Positions 1 to 9,359 of a DNA stretch of 32,000 bases are shown here, in pieces. Every line of letters starts with the position of its first letter. Position 1 is the first letter of the stretch. This stretch comes from Candidatus Atelocyanobacterium thalassae (GTDB taxonomy: Bacteria > Cyanobacteriota > Cyanobacteriia > Cyanobacteriales > Microcystaceae). The notes beneath the pieces were generated by a model that was not told the DNA's origin, did no database searches, and saw only the letters and a list, made by a program, of their open reading frames with translations. A program made the position numbers and the translations under genes. Where the stretch lies: NCBI GenBank assembly GCA_051971635.1, contig JBFPLN010000003.1:79714-111713 (forward strand), written 5' to 3'.

Positions 1-243
<243 letters not shown>

Positions 244-431
244 GTTTTTAAAACTAGAGAAACATCTCTAGCATATTTGTTGTCATTAATAGTACTATTA
301 TCAATAGATTCTCTTCTCGTATAGATAAAACTATTCATTGGATGTAACAATGATAGATATATCTGGAAAGTTAAGAGTTTATTGGTTTTCTACTATCTTT
401 ATCGTTATAAAAATCATTCTGCTTGTGCTGA

Positions 432-1364
432 ATGCTACAAATCCCTAAAACTACTCAAAATCCAAAAGCCCTAAATTCTGTCGTAGAGGCTTACGAACGT
501 TGTCGTCGAATTACTCAGAAATATTCTAAAACTTTTTATTTAGGAACATTATTAATGCCGCCTAAGAAAAGGTGTGCAATTTGGGCTCTCTATGTTTGGT
601 GTCGACGTACTGATGAATTAGTTGATGGAGCTCAGTCTAATCTTACAACACCAGAAACCTTACAAAAATGGGAAAATAATTTAGAGCATTTATTTGCAGG
701 TTATCCTTTAGATGACGAAGATGTTGCTTTAGTTGATACATTGAGAAATTTTCCAATAGAAATTGCTCCCTTTAAAGATATGATAGCAGGCCAAAAGATG
801 GATTTATATCGTAATCGCTATCAAACTTTTGAAGAACTTAAGCTTTACTGTTACCGTGTCGCAGGAACAGTAGGACTCATGTCTAATGCAGTTCTAGGTA
901 TTGAAGAACACCCCTCCATTGTCCCTTGGGAATTAAAACCTGAGCAAAATATCCCCAAAGAAGAGGCAATTGCCTTAGGGATTGCGAATCAATTAACCAA
1001 TATACTTCGAGATATCGGAGAAGATGCTCAAAGAGGAAGGATTTATTTACCTTTAGAAGATTTAGAACGCTTTAAATATACTGAAGAAGATCTATTTAAT
1101 GGAGTAATAGATGATCGCTGGAAGAACTTAATGAATTTTCAAATTCAAAGAGCTAGACAATACTATAAGGATGCTGAACGTGGAATTAGAACTTTATCTA
1201 GAGACTCTCGTTGGCCTGTATGGTCAGCTTTGATGCTTTATCAAGGTATCTTAGATATGATTGAAGCTAACGAATATGATGTATTTTCCAAACGTGCTTT
1301 TGTTCCAAATTTCAAAAAAATTATGTATTTGCCTATTTCTTGGTTAAGAGCTCAGGCACTCTAA
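432..1364 (+). CDS. crtB: Phytoene synthase (15-cis-phytoene synthase)
   Basis: 310 aa with squalene/phytoene synthase family signatures: YSKTFYLGTLLMP, YVWCRRTDELVDG (first Asp-rich site), YCYRVAGTVGLM, NILRDIGEDAQRGRIYLPLEDL (second Asp-rich region). It lies directly downstream of pds. Confidence 0.92.
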   Translation: MLQIPKTTQNPKALNSVVEAYERCRRITQKYSKTFYLGTLLMPPKKRCAIWALYVWCRRTDELVDGAQSNLTTPETLQKWENNLEHLFAGYPLDDEDVALVDTLRNFPIEIAPFKDMIAGQKMDLYRNRYQTFEELKLYCYRVAGTVGLMSNAVLGIEEHPSIVPWELKPEQNIPKEEAIALGIANQLTNILRDIGEDAQRGRIYLPLEDLERFKYTEEDLFNGVIDDRWKNLMNFQIQRARQYYKDAERGIRTLSRDSRWPVWSALMLYQGILDMIEANEYDVFSKRAFVPNFKKIMYLPISWLRAQAL

Positions 1365-1415
1365 GTTTTTCTTTTAGAACTAGACTCTTAATCATGTAAG
1401 AAAACTTTTATGTTC

Positions 1416-1465
1416 ATATTTATAATGCCGATGCTTTAAGAATAAAGTATCGGCATTATAAATAT
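1416..1465 (+). terminator. Long hairpin about 50 nt downstream of the crtB stop, with no U-tract; a 3' end-stabilising or termination hairpin
   Basis: ATATTTATAATGCCGAT-G-CTTTA-agaa-TAAAG-T-ATCGGCATTATAAATAT. The outer stem has 17 perfect bp (1416-1432 with 1449-1465). One G:T position and 5 more bp close an AGAA tetraloop. The single non-Watson-Crick position is G:U-compatible only on the + strand RNA. Confidence 0.4.
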
Positions 1466-1605
1466 AAAGTTAGCTAATACTTGATTTGTCTCATAAGATT
1501 TTATAACCATTAAACTACTATTATTCTTTTCCTATTTATTTAATTAATGAGTAGAGGAAAATATATTAACATTAGAATAATGGATCTAAGAAAAGAGGAT
1601 TATTC

Positions 1606-1815
1606 ATGCGATATGCTGTAGTTATCGAAAAAGGGAAATATTATTATGGAGCCTACGTTCCTGATTTGCCAGAATGCTCTGCAGTTGGAAAAACTGTAGA
1701 AGAGACAAGAGAGCTTATATATAATTCGATTTCTAACCATTTAGGTGGACTGGAAAAAGAAGGTAACTCTTTTCCTAGTCCTAAAACAATATGTGAATAT
1801 GTAGAAGTCAACTAA
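1606..1815 (+). CDS. HicB-like antitoxin family protein (UPF0150 fold), short form without a DNA-binding domain
   Basis: 69 aa. MRYAVVIEKGKYYYGAYVPDLPECSAVGKTVEETRELIYNSISNHLGGLEKEG follows the typical HicB/UPF0150 N-terminal pattern (Y.vvie....gY.A.vPDLPGC.a.G.T.EE......EAI..hle). An AGAGGA Shine-Dalgarno sits 7 nt upstream of the ATG. Confidence 0.7.
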   Translation: MRYAVVIEKGKYYYGAYVPDLPECSAVGKTVEETRELIYNSISNHLGGLEKEGNSFPSPKTICEYVEVN

Positions 1816-1829
1816 CTGTAAACCTTATA

Positions 1830-1883
1830 GGAGTAATCATTCTGTTACGATCTAATTACTTTGGATTACTCCAAACTTTTTTT
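1830..1883 (+). terminator. Candidate rho-independent terminator after the hicB-like gene
   Basis: GGAGTAATC (1830-1838) pairs with GATTACTCC (1864-1872) and is followed by AAACTTTTTTT. The 25-nt loop is large, so confidence is moderate. Confidence 0.45.
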
Positions 1884-2015
1884 GCAAAAGAATAACATAT
1901 TTGATTAATAAGAAAGTACTTTTTATAAACTTAGGATAATTATGGGAATAACATGATTTATGATCAACAGGTGATTATAATAAATAAGAAATAATTTAAA
2001 ATTAACGCAAATTAA

Positions 2016-3107
2016 ATGCTAAAAGCTGGAATAGTTGGACTCCCTAATGTCGGTAAATCGACACTATTTAATGCTTTAGTCGCTAATGCTAAAGCAGATG
2101 CAGCGAACTTTCCTTTCTGTACGATTGAACCTAATGTAGGTTTAGTATCTGTTCCCGATGAGAGATTAGAAGTTTTAGCTCAACTTTCTAAATCAGAGAA
2201 GATTCTACCTACTCGTATTGAATTTGTAGATATTGCTGGATTAGTTAAAGGCGCTGCGCAAGGAGAAGGCCTCGGAAACCAATTTTTAGCCAATATTCGT
2301 GAGGTAGATGCCATAGTCCATGTTGTGCGTTGTTTTGATAATGATGATATCATTCATGTATCAGGTTCTGTAAATCCAACTAGAGATATTGAGACAATAA
2401 ATTTAGAGTTAGGCTTAGCTGATCTTTCTCAAATTGAAAAACGTCTAAGTAGATTAAAAAAACAGAAAAGTAGCCAAAAAGAAGAGCAAGAAGAAATCTC
2501 CATCTTAGAGAAAATTATTACTCAGCTTAATCAAGGTATACCAGCTCGTAATTTAGAACTAACAGAAGAAGAAAAAATATTAGTTAAACCTCTGGGATTA
2601 CTTACCCTTAAGCCAGTCATCTATGCTACCAATGTATCTGAAGATGACTTAAGTTCAGAAAATAGTTGGGTCGGAGAAGTAAGAGAAATTGCTTCTACTG
2701 ATCAGGCAAAAGTCGTTGTAGTCTCTGCTCAAGTTGAGTCAGAATTGGTAGAAATCCCAGACGAAGAAAAGCTAGAGTTCCTGAATGCTTTAGGAGTAGA
2801 TGAAGGTGGCCTAAAACTTTTAATTAGAGCAGTTTATGATTTACTTGGGTTGAGAACGTACTTAACTACTGGGCCTAAAGAAACTCGTGCTTGGACTATC
2901 TACGCAGGCATGAAAGCACCTCAAGCTGCTGGCGTAATTCACTCAGACTTTGAGAGAGGATTTATTCGCGCCGAAACTATCTCTTACAAAGATTTAGTAT
3001 CTTGTAAAACTATTTCCTCAGCAAAAGAAAAGGGATTAGTCAGAAGTGAAGGTAAAGACTATATCGTTCAAGAAGGAGATGTTATATTGTTTAGATTCAA
3101 TGTTTAA
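2016..3107 (+). CDS. ychF: Ribosome-binding ATPase YchF (Obg-family redox-regulated ATPase)
   Basis: 363 aa. [18 protein letters not shown]-loop, [27 protein letters not shown], and a C-terminal TGS-like end ([22 protein letters not shown]). This is the full-length canonical YchF architecture. Confidence 0.95.
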   Translation: MLKAGIVGLPNVGKSTLFNALVANAKADAANFPFCTIEPNVGLVSVPDERLEVLAQLSKSEKILPTRIEFVDIAGLVKGAAQGEGLGNQFLANIREVDAIVHVVRCFDNDDIIHVSGSVNPTRDIETINLELGLADLSQIEKRLSRLKKQKSSQKEEQEEISILEKIITQLNQGIPARNLELTEEEKILVKPLGLLTLKPVIYATNVSEDDLSSENSWVGEVREIASTDQAKVVVVSAQVESELVEIPDEEKLEFLNALGVDEGGLKLLIRAVYDLLGLRTYLTTGPKETRAWTIYAGMKAPQAAGVIHSDFERGFIRAETISYKDLVSCKTISSAKEKGLVRSEGKDYIVQEGDVILFRFNV

Positions 3108-3402
3108 TAATATATTACTGTTAGTTAACTATTTATTTTTAGTCAATTAGATTTAATTAATATATTAGAAACGATAGATAGTTATTTAATAGTATTAGTT
3201 ATATTATCCTGTTTATAAAATTAAACAATGAGTATTATTTCCAAAACTTTCTATCAGTTCTTACTTATCTGTATGACTATATTTTGAGTTACTTACTATT
3301 TATATGTTGAAATGCGGACTTCATATTTTTCTTCTTTATACTGAAGAAGATGCACAAAAGAGTTAAAATACTTTAAGTAATTACAATAAGGAGTATTTAA
3401 AG

Positions 3403-3507
3403 ATGATGTCAGGAACTGTTATTGCTGGATTTGGCGGATATATTATTTCTTACACCATGATTGCTCTTGGATTATATTTTGGATTACGTAGTGCTAAAAT
3501 AATCTAA
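3403..3507 (+). CDS. petL: Small single-TM protein, probably cytochrome b6-f complex subunit PetL (not in the supplied ORF track)
   Basis: The 34-codon ORF is MMSGTVIAGFGGYIISYTMIALGLYFGLRSAKII. A strong AAGGAG Shine-Dalgarno lies 9 nt upstream of the ATG at 3403. The stop codon is embedded in a 14-17 bp perfect hairpin terminator. The hydrophobic helix and C-terminal ...FGLRSAKI(I/L) resemble cyanobacterial and plastid PetL (...LFGLRSAKIL / ...IGLSKIRLI), recalled from memory. Confidence 0.65.
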   Translation: MMSGTVIAGFGGYIISYTMIALGLYFGLRSAKII

Positions 3508-3557
3508 GCAGAATATCGGCATCGATTGCCGATATTCTGCTTAAATTATCTTATTTT
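3508..3557 (+). terminator. Rho-independent terminator of the petL-like micro-ORF
   Basis: GCAGAATATCGGCA-tcgat-TGCCGATATTCTGC is a perfect 14 bp stem (3508-3521 with 3527-3540). It extends to 17 bp by including the TAA stop, and a T-rich stretch TTAAATTATCTTATTTT follows. Confidence 0.7.
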
Positions 3558-3801
3558 AAAGTAAAAATTTAGTATTAAGATATTTATTAAGCTTTTGAGA
3601 TAATCAGTTCTAGTAAGAATAAGTTTAGCAATTTAAGGCGTATAGTGAAGTACATAGAATATTCGTTTTATATGTAATATAATTACAGTATTTTGGTTTT
3701 GCGTTTTTATCTAATTTGATTATTTAAATGATTTTTAACTTTTTATTTAGAATTACCCAGTGCTTCTGTTAAAATTTTGATGGCTTCTATCATTTTGACT
3801 A

Positions 3802-4827
3802 ATGGCAGGAAATCGAGCAAGAATAGCAGTGGACGCTATGGGAGGAGATCATGCTCCTATAGAAATCATAAAAGGGGCTATCCGAGCCTCAAAGGAATTG
3901 GATGTCGATATTTTGTTGGTAGGTGATCGTCAGCAAATTCAAGCGTCTTCTCAAGATAGTAGTAAGTTTTCTAATATTGAAATAGTAGATGCAGATGAAA
4001 TAATCGCTATGCACGAAGGAATCAATGAACTTCGCCGCAAGCCTAAAGCTTCAATTAATGTTGCTATGGACTTAGTCAAAAAAGATCGTGCCGATGCAGT
4101 AATATCTGCTGGACATTCTGGAGCGGCTATGGGAGCTGCCACTCTTAAACTAGGTCGTCTTAAAGGCATTGATCGTCCAGCAATTGGAGCTGTTTTCCCA
4201 ACTCTCATGGTGAATAAGTCGGTTATTGTTCTAGATGTAGGAGCTAATGTAGATTGTCGTCCTAAATACTTAGAGCAATTTGCTTTAATGGGGACAATTT
4301 ATAGTAAATATGTAATGGGAGTCAATGATCCAAAAGTAGGATTACTCAATATTGGAGAAGAACCAAATAAAGGGAATGATCTTGCTTTAACGACTTATAA
4401 GTTATTGGAAAATAATAAAACTATTCCTTTTGTTGGTAATGCTGAAGGCCGAGATGTGTTGTCAGGAAAGTTTGATGTTATTGTTTGTGATGGTTTTGTA
4501 GGTAATGTTCTACTAAAATTTGCCGAAGCAGTAGGCGATATAGTATTACAAATCATACGTGAAGAGTTACCTCAAGGTTGGAAAGGTTTGTTAGGAACAG
4601 CTATATTGAAACCTAATCTAAAAAAACTTAAGCAAAGAATAGATCATGCTGAGCATGGTGGTGGTTTATTGTTAGGAGTAGCTGGTATTTGTATTATTAG
4701 TCATGGTAGTTCTCAAGCTCCATCAATTTTTAATGCAATTCGTCTAGCTAAAGAGGCTGTTGATCATAAAGTATTAGAACAAATTAACTCTTATGGAGAC
4801 AAGTTAATGTCAGAAAAATCTAATTAA
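3802..4827 (+). CDS. plsX: Phosphate acyltransferase PlsX
   Basis: 341 aa. IAVDAMGGDHAP, SAGHSGAAMGAA, VLDVGANVDC and ISHGSS motifs are typical of PlsX. It heads the conserved plsX-fabH-fabD arrangement. Confidence 0.95.
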   Translation: MAGNRARIAVDAMGGDHAPIEIIKGAIRASKELDVDILLVGDRQQIQASSQDSSKFSNIEIVDADEIIAMHEGINELRRKPKASINVAMDLVKKDRADAVISAGHSGAAMGAATLKLGRLKGIDRPAIGAVFPTLMVNKSVIVLDVGANVDCRPKYLEQFALMGTIYSKYVMGVNDPKVGLLNIGEEPNKGNDLALTTYKLLENNKTIPFVGNAEGRDVLSGKFDVIVCDGFVGNVLLKFAEAVGDIVLQIIREELPQGWKGLLGTAILKPNLKKLKQRIDHAEHGGGLLLGVAGICIISHGSSQAPSIFNAIRLAKEAVDHKVLEQINSYGDKLMSEKSN

Positions 4828-5026
4828 CAAATTGAGTAATAGCAAAAGTAAAGAGCTTAAATGTCATTTATTTTAATTTGTTACCTGTTGCCTTTCTTTT
4901 TTCATATCTTTAATTTTGAGAGAGAAAGCTAAAAACATAAGTAAAAATAAGAAAAAAAATTCAGAATTTTAATTCTAAATCCTCTTTTACTCAAATATGC
5001 TAAAAAATTATCAGGAGGAATAATTA

Positions 5027-6034
5027 TTGAAGGAGTTAGATATTGGTATGGCCATTACTGGCTGTGGTTCAGCTACACCAAAGCAAGTAATGACAAATAA
5101 TGATTTAAGTTATTTAGTAGATACGTCTGATGAATGGATTTATACTAGAACAGGTATCAAAGAAAGACGTTTGGCAACTAATAACTTGTCCTTAAGCGAA
5201 CTTTCGGCTGAAGCTGCAGTCAAAGGAATTGCTATGGCAGGACTTTCTCCTTCTGATATTGATTTAATTATTCTAGCAACCTCTACAGCTGATGATTTAT
5301 TCGGTAGTGCATCTAAAATCCAAAGTATTTTAAAAGCCGATAATGCAGTAGCTTTTGATTTAACAGCAGCTTGCTCAGGTTTCGTATTTGGATTAATTAC
5401 AGCTGCCCAATTTATTTATTCAGGAGTTTACCAAAAGGTCCTGGTAATTGGCGGTGATATGCTTTCTCGCTGGGTAAACTGGTCTGATCGCAGTACTTGT
5501 GTACTTTTTGGAGACGGAGCTGGAGCAGTAGTATGCCAGAGAGCTTTGAAAGATAACTACTTACTAGGTTTTGCCATGTACAGTGATGGGACACAAAATC
5601 AATCTCTTAATTTAAGATATAATTTTCAGGCTAAATCTCTTAAAAATGGGACAGTTATTAATCAAGGAAGCTATCAGTTTATTACGATGCAAGGAAAAGA
5701 AATTTATCGCTTTGCTATTGAAAAAGTTCCAGAAGTCATTGAAAAAGCTCTTTCTAAAGCACAATTAACAACTAATGATATTGATTGGCTTATTCTACAT
5801 CAAGCAAACCAGAGAATTATAGATGCAGTCGCTAAAAAACTTAAAATTCCACCAGAAAAGGTAATTTCAAATGTAAGTAGATATGGCAATACATCAGCTG
5901 CATCTATTCCCCTAGCTTTAGATGAAGCTGTAAGATCTGGAAAAATAAAGTTAGGTGATGTTATTGCTAGTTCAGGTTTCGGCGCCGGCTTAACTTGGGG
6001 GGCAGTTATTTTTAGATGGAGTATTGAAGTTTAA
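5027..6034 (+). CDS. fabH: 3-oxoacyl-ACP synthase III (KAS III)
   Basis: The active-site context AACSGFVFGL, then HQANQRI and GNTSAASIPLAL, are FabH hallmarks. The start is ambiguous: either TTG at 5027 (AGGAGG 8 nt upstream) or ATG at 5048 (MAITGCGSATP, the usual FabH N-terminus). Confidence 0.93.
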   Translation: MKELDIGMAITGCGSATPKQVMTNNDLSYLVDTSDEWIYTRTGIKERRLATNNLSLSELSAEAAVKGIAMAGLSPSDIDLIILATSTADDLFGSASKIQSILKADNAVAFDLTAACSGFVFGLITAAQFIYSGVYQKVLVIGGDMLSRWVNWSDRSTCVLFGDGAGAVVCQRALKDNYLLGFAMYSDGTQNQSLNLRYNFQAKSLKNGTVINQGSYQFITMQGKEIYRFAIEKVPEVIEKALSKAQLTTNDIDWLILHQANQRIIDAVAKKLKIPPEKVISNVSRYGNTSAASIPLALDEAVRSGKIKLGDVIASSGFGAGLTWGAVIFRWSIEV

Positions 6035-6062
6035 TCTTTTTACTAAACATTTTTAGAGAAAC

Positions 6063-6941
6063 ATGATAACAAAAACAGCATGGGTATTTCCAGGACAGGG
6101 ATCACAAATAGTTGGCATGGGAAAAGACCTAGCAACAACTTGTTTAGGTAAAGAATATTTTAAAAAAGCGCAAGATATTTTAGGGTGGTCTGTACTCGAA
6201 ATATGTCAAGGAGATGCAACAGTTTTATCTAGGACTTTATATACTCAGCCCTGCCTTTACGTAATCCAATGTATTCTTATTAATTTGTTAAAAGAGAATC
6301 AACCAAATCCTAATTTCTTGGCCGGTCATAGTTTAGGAGAGTATGCAGCTCTATATGCTGCAGAAGTTTTCGACTTTGCTACAGGATTACAATTAATTAA
6401 AAACCGTGCAGAATTGATGGATAAAGTTATTGGGGGGAAAATGGTTGCTTTAATAAAATTTGATCGATTATCTCTGAACAAGACAATTGCATCTATTCCT
6501 GATGTAGTCTTAGCCAATGACAATAGTGAACAGCAAGTAGTTATTTCAGGTACTCCCCAGGCAGTGGACAAAGTTTCTCATAGTATTAAGGCCAAAAGAA
6601 CAATTGAGCTTAAAGTTTCTGGAGCATTTCACTCTCATTTAATGAAAGAGGCATCGGAACAATTTTACATATTATTGGAAAGTATTGATTTCAAAGAAGC
6701 AAAAATTCCTGTTTTTTCAAATGTTGAAGCATTTCCAAGAGCTTCTAAAATTATTTTAAAGGAAAATTTACAAAAACAAATGACTGGTTCGGTCCGTTGG
6801 CGTGAAACTATGGCATCTATGATAGAAAATAAAGTGACCAAAGTAGTAGAAATTGGACCAGGAAAAGTTTTATCTAATTTATTTAAAAAAGAATATACTG
6901 AAATCAATATAAAAAATATTAGATCCTTATCTGATTTTTAA
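6063..6941 (+). CDS. fabD: Malonyl-CoA:ACP transacylase
   Basis: 292 aa. FPGQGSQIVGMG, the GHSLGEYAALYAA nucleophile elbow and VSGAFHSHLM are FabD motifs. It lies immediately after fabH. Confidence 0.95.
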   Translation: MITKTAWVFPGQGSQIVGMGKDLATTCLGKEYFKKAQDILGWSVLEICQGDATVLSRTLYTQPCLYVIQCILINLLKENQPNPNFLAGHSLGEYAALYAAEVFDFATGLQLIKNRAELMDKVIGGKMVALIKFDRLSLNKTIASIPDVVLANDNSEQQVVISGTPQAVDKVSHSIKAKRTIELKVSGAFHSHLMKEASEQFYILLESIDFKEAKIPVFSNVEAFPRASKIILKENLQKQMTGSVRWRETMASMIENKVTKVVEIGPGKVLSNLFKKEYTEINIKNIRSLSDF

Positions 6942-7069
6942 AAATGATATAAAAATATAGTACGATTTACTGCTATTTGATGATTTTAAAATGGAAATTT
7001 ACTATATTACAGTCGCATATTCCTTTAACCTTTAATGAAAAATTGATTAAAAAGTTTATATCCTTAAAA

Positions 7070-8167
7070 TTAAGAATGACTACGATATCTATAATAAGCA
7101 GCGCAAGTTCCTTCTGAAGATACCATAGGTGCACCTAAGGGACTTTCCGGAGTACATGTGCTTCCAAATGCAGGACAGTCATGAGGCTTTTTTTGTCCTT
7201 GCATAATATCACCGCTAATACACACTTGTGGGTGTATTGATTGAATAGGTTTGTCCTTAAGAACTTCAAAACGATTTAAGGCATCATAAAATTGATATTC
7301 GGGTCTTAAAGATAACCCACTTTCTGGAATTTCACCAATACCTCTCCAGCAACGAGATACTGTTGTAAAAATTTCTTGAATTAATTGTTTTGCTAATGTA
7401 TTTCCTTCAACTTTGACAGAACGAATATATTGATTTTTACATTTAAATTTACCAGATTCCAGCTGTAAGATACATTGGTAAATTCCCTTCAATATATCTA
7501 AAGGTTCAAATCCTGTTACGATAATGGGAATTTCATATTTATTAGAAATAGTTTGATATTCTTCATATCCTGTTATCGTACAAACATGACCAGCAGCCAA
7601 AAAACCTTGTACCATGCAATTAGAAGATGATAAAAGCATTTTCATGGCTGGAGGTACTAAAACATGAGACACTAATAAAGAGAAATTTTTAATATTTTTG
7701 TACTTTGCTTGATATACAGCCATTGCTGTTGCAGGAGCTGTTGTTTCAAAGCCGACAGCAAAAAAAACAATCTGCTTATCAGGATTTTCTTGAGCAATTT
7801 TTAAGCTATCTAGAGGAGAATAGACGATACGTACATCTCCTCCAGAAGCTTTTACCATAAGTAAATCTTTTTTTGTTCCTGGAACTCTTAGCATATCTCC
7901 AAAAGAACAAAAAATAACATTAGGTAAATTAGCAATAATCAAGGCGTAATCAATCAATTCTATAGAAGTTACACAAACAGGACAACCCGGTCCATGTATC
8001 AAAGTTATTTCAGGAGGTAGTAATTGATCAATTCCGTATCTAAAAATGGAGTGTGTTTGTCCACCACAAATCTCCATAATTGTCCAAGGCTTGCTAACAT
8101 TTTTTGCAATGTTTTCGGTAATTTTTTTAACTAACTTAGAATCACGGTATTCATCAACAAATCTCAT
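7070..8167 (-). CDS. hypD: [NiFe]-hydrogenase maturation protein HypD
   Basis: 365 aa. [17 protein letters not shown], the GPGCPVCVT motif, [10 protein letters not shown], and a C-terminal Cys-rich end ([29 protein letters not shown]) characterise HypD. Confidence 0.95.
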   Translation of the reverse strand: MRFVDEYRDSKLVKKITENIAKNVSKPWTIMEICGGQTHSIFRYGIDQLLPPEITLIHGPGCPVCVTSIELIDYALIIANLPNVIFCSFGDMLRVPGTKKDLLMVKASGGDVRIVYSPLDSLKIAQENPDKQIVFFAVGFETTAPATAMAVYQAKYKNIKNFSLLVSHVLVPPAMKMLLSSSNCMVQGFLAAGHVCTITGYEEYQTISNKYEIPIIVTGFEPLDILKGIYQCILQLESGKFKCKNQYIRSVKVEGNTLAKQLIQEIFTTVSRCWRGIGEIPESGLSLRPEYQFYDALNRFEVLKDKPIQSIHPQVCISGDIMQGQKKPHDCPAFGSTCTPESPLGAPMVSSEGTCAAYYRYRSHS

Positions 8168-8472
8168 AGTTATCTTTTAAAATATAATTTCTCTAAACAG
8201 GCTCTAAATATTAAGATTATCGGTCTGATAATATATGTTGAACTTACTATATACAAGAAAATTAATTGTTTCTTAATTGTTCTATTTATTGATTGAAGCT
8301 TTTATCCAAAAAATTAGCTATATAAAAGTAACGACATACCTATAGTACTGCGATAAAGTTAATTAGGTATTTGTTTAATGCAAATACTAACTTGATATTA
8401 CATAGTTATAATTGTTATTATAAAATCTCCAGAGAAAACTTAAGTTAATTTTTAAATCACAGGTTTTTACTT

Positions 8473-8916
8473 ATGCCATCTCCAGTAAGCTCTTTACCAT
8501 CCAATTTAGCCAGCATTGTTGAAAAATTTAAGAGGCGTTCTGACCCAAAAAAAAGTTATGAACAATTACTATGGTATGCCAAAAAGCTATCAAAGATGCC
8601 AGAAACTGCTAAAACAGAAGCAAATCAAGTTAAAGGATGTGTTTCAAAAGTATATATTAGCGCAGATTTGAAAGATGGCAAAATTTGGTATCAAGGAGAT
8701 TCAGATGCTCAATTGGTTAAGGGATTAGTTGCTTTATTAATCGAAGGTTTAAATGGATCAACCCCTCAAGAAATTTTAGATATAAATCCTAATTTTATTG
8801 AAGAAACAGGACTAAAAGTTAGCTTAACACCATCTAGATCTAATGGATTCTATAATACTTTGCAACTCATGAAGACAAAAGCATTAGCTTTTCAGCTAGG
8901 AACATCAATTTCATGA
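8473..8916 (+). CDS. sufE: Cysteine desulfuration (sulfur acceptor) protein SufE
   Basis: 147 aa. The SufE/BolA-SufE family pattern is present: KKSYEQLLWYAKKL, VKGCVSKVYI (conserved acceptor Cys), GDSDAQLVKGLVALL, LTPSRSNGF. Confidence 0.88.
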   Translation: MPSPVSSLPSNLASIVEKFKRRSDPKKSYEQLLWYAKKLSKMPETAKTEANQVKGCVSKVYISADLKDGKIWYQGDSDAQLVKGLVALLIEGLNGSTPQEILDINPNFIEETGLKVSLTPSRSNGFYNTLQLMKTKALAFQLGTSIS

Positions 8917-9020
8917 ATTTATCCAAAGATAGTTTGAATAGGAAAATAATCTATAAAAAACTAATTAATTTGCAAGAATATTGATGATCATTAGTGAATA
9001 GTTTATAAAATAAAATTTTA

Positions 9021-9071
9021 TATTAACCTTAAGAATAATTAGAAATTATTCTTAAGGTTAATAATTTTTTT
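9021..9071. terminator. Strong, probably bidirectional, terminator between convergent sufE and the dacB-like gene
   Basis: TATTAACCTTAAGAATAAT(T)-aga-(A)ATTATTCTTAAGGTTAATA is a perfect 19-20 bp stem (9021-9040 with 9044-9063). ATTTTTTTG follows on the + strand. On the - strand the hairpin is followed by TAAAATTTTATTTT. Confidence 0.7.
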
Positions 9072-9359
9072 GTATTAAATATAATCTATATTGTTATTAC
9101 CTTTTAAATAGAGATGACTTAGTTTTATAGTTCTGACTTTTTTTTAACTAACCTTATTCTTTACAAAATTTTTATGTAAAGTATCAAGAGAATTACATTC
9201 TTAAAACAATAAATATATTTCTCTCGACTATTTTATAGTTTTAGAATTCTTTCAGCTATAAATTGTAAGTATACTTATTTTCAGCTAATCACTAATTTTT
9301 ATGATTAAATTTAACTTATGTAAAGTTATTAAAGTAGGGGAAATTAGTTATGATTCAAT

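Noticed and set aside
3228-3287. Two hydrophobic micro-ORFs lie in spacers: 3228-3287 (19 aa) and 4861-4932 (23 aa, MSFILICYLLPFFFHIFNFERES).
   Set aside because: Neither has a Shine-Dalgarno or a dedicated terminator, unlike the petL-like ORF. T-rich spacers readily give Phe/Leu/Ile-rich pseudo-peptides.
3541-3801. I expected rpmF (L32) or another small gene upstream of plsX, as in many bacteria.
   Set aside because: No Lys/Arg-rich L32-like ORF is present in any frame. The region looks like plain promoter and spacer DNA.
7070-8167. hypD stands alone, flanked by fabD and sufE, with no other hyp or hydrogenase genes nearby.
   Set aside because: Scattered hyp genes are known in unicellular cyanobacteria such as Synechocystis. 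An isolated hypD is therefore not anomalous in itself.
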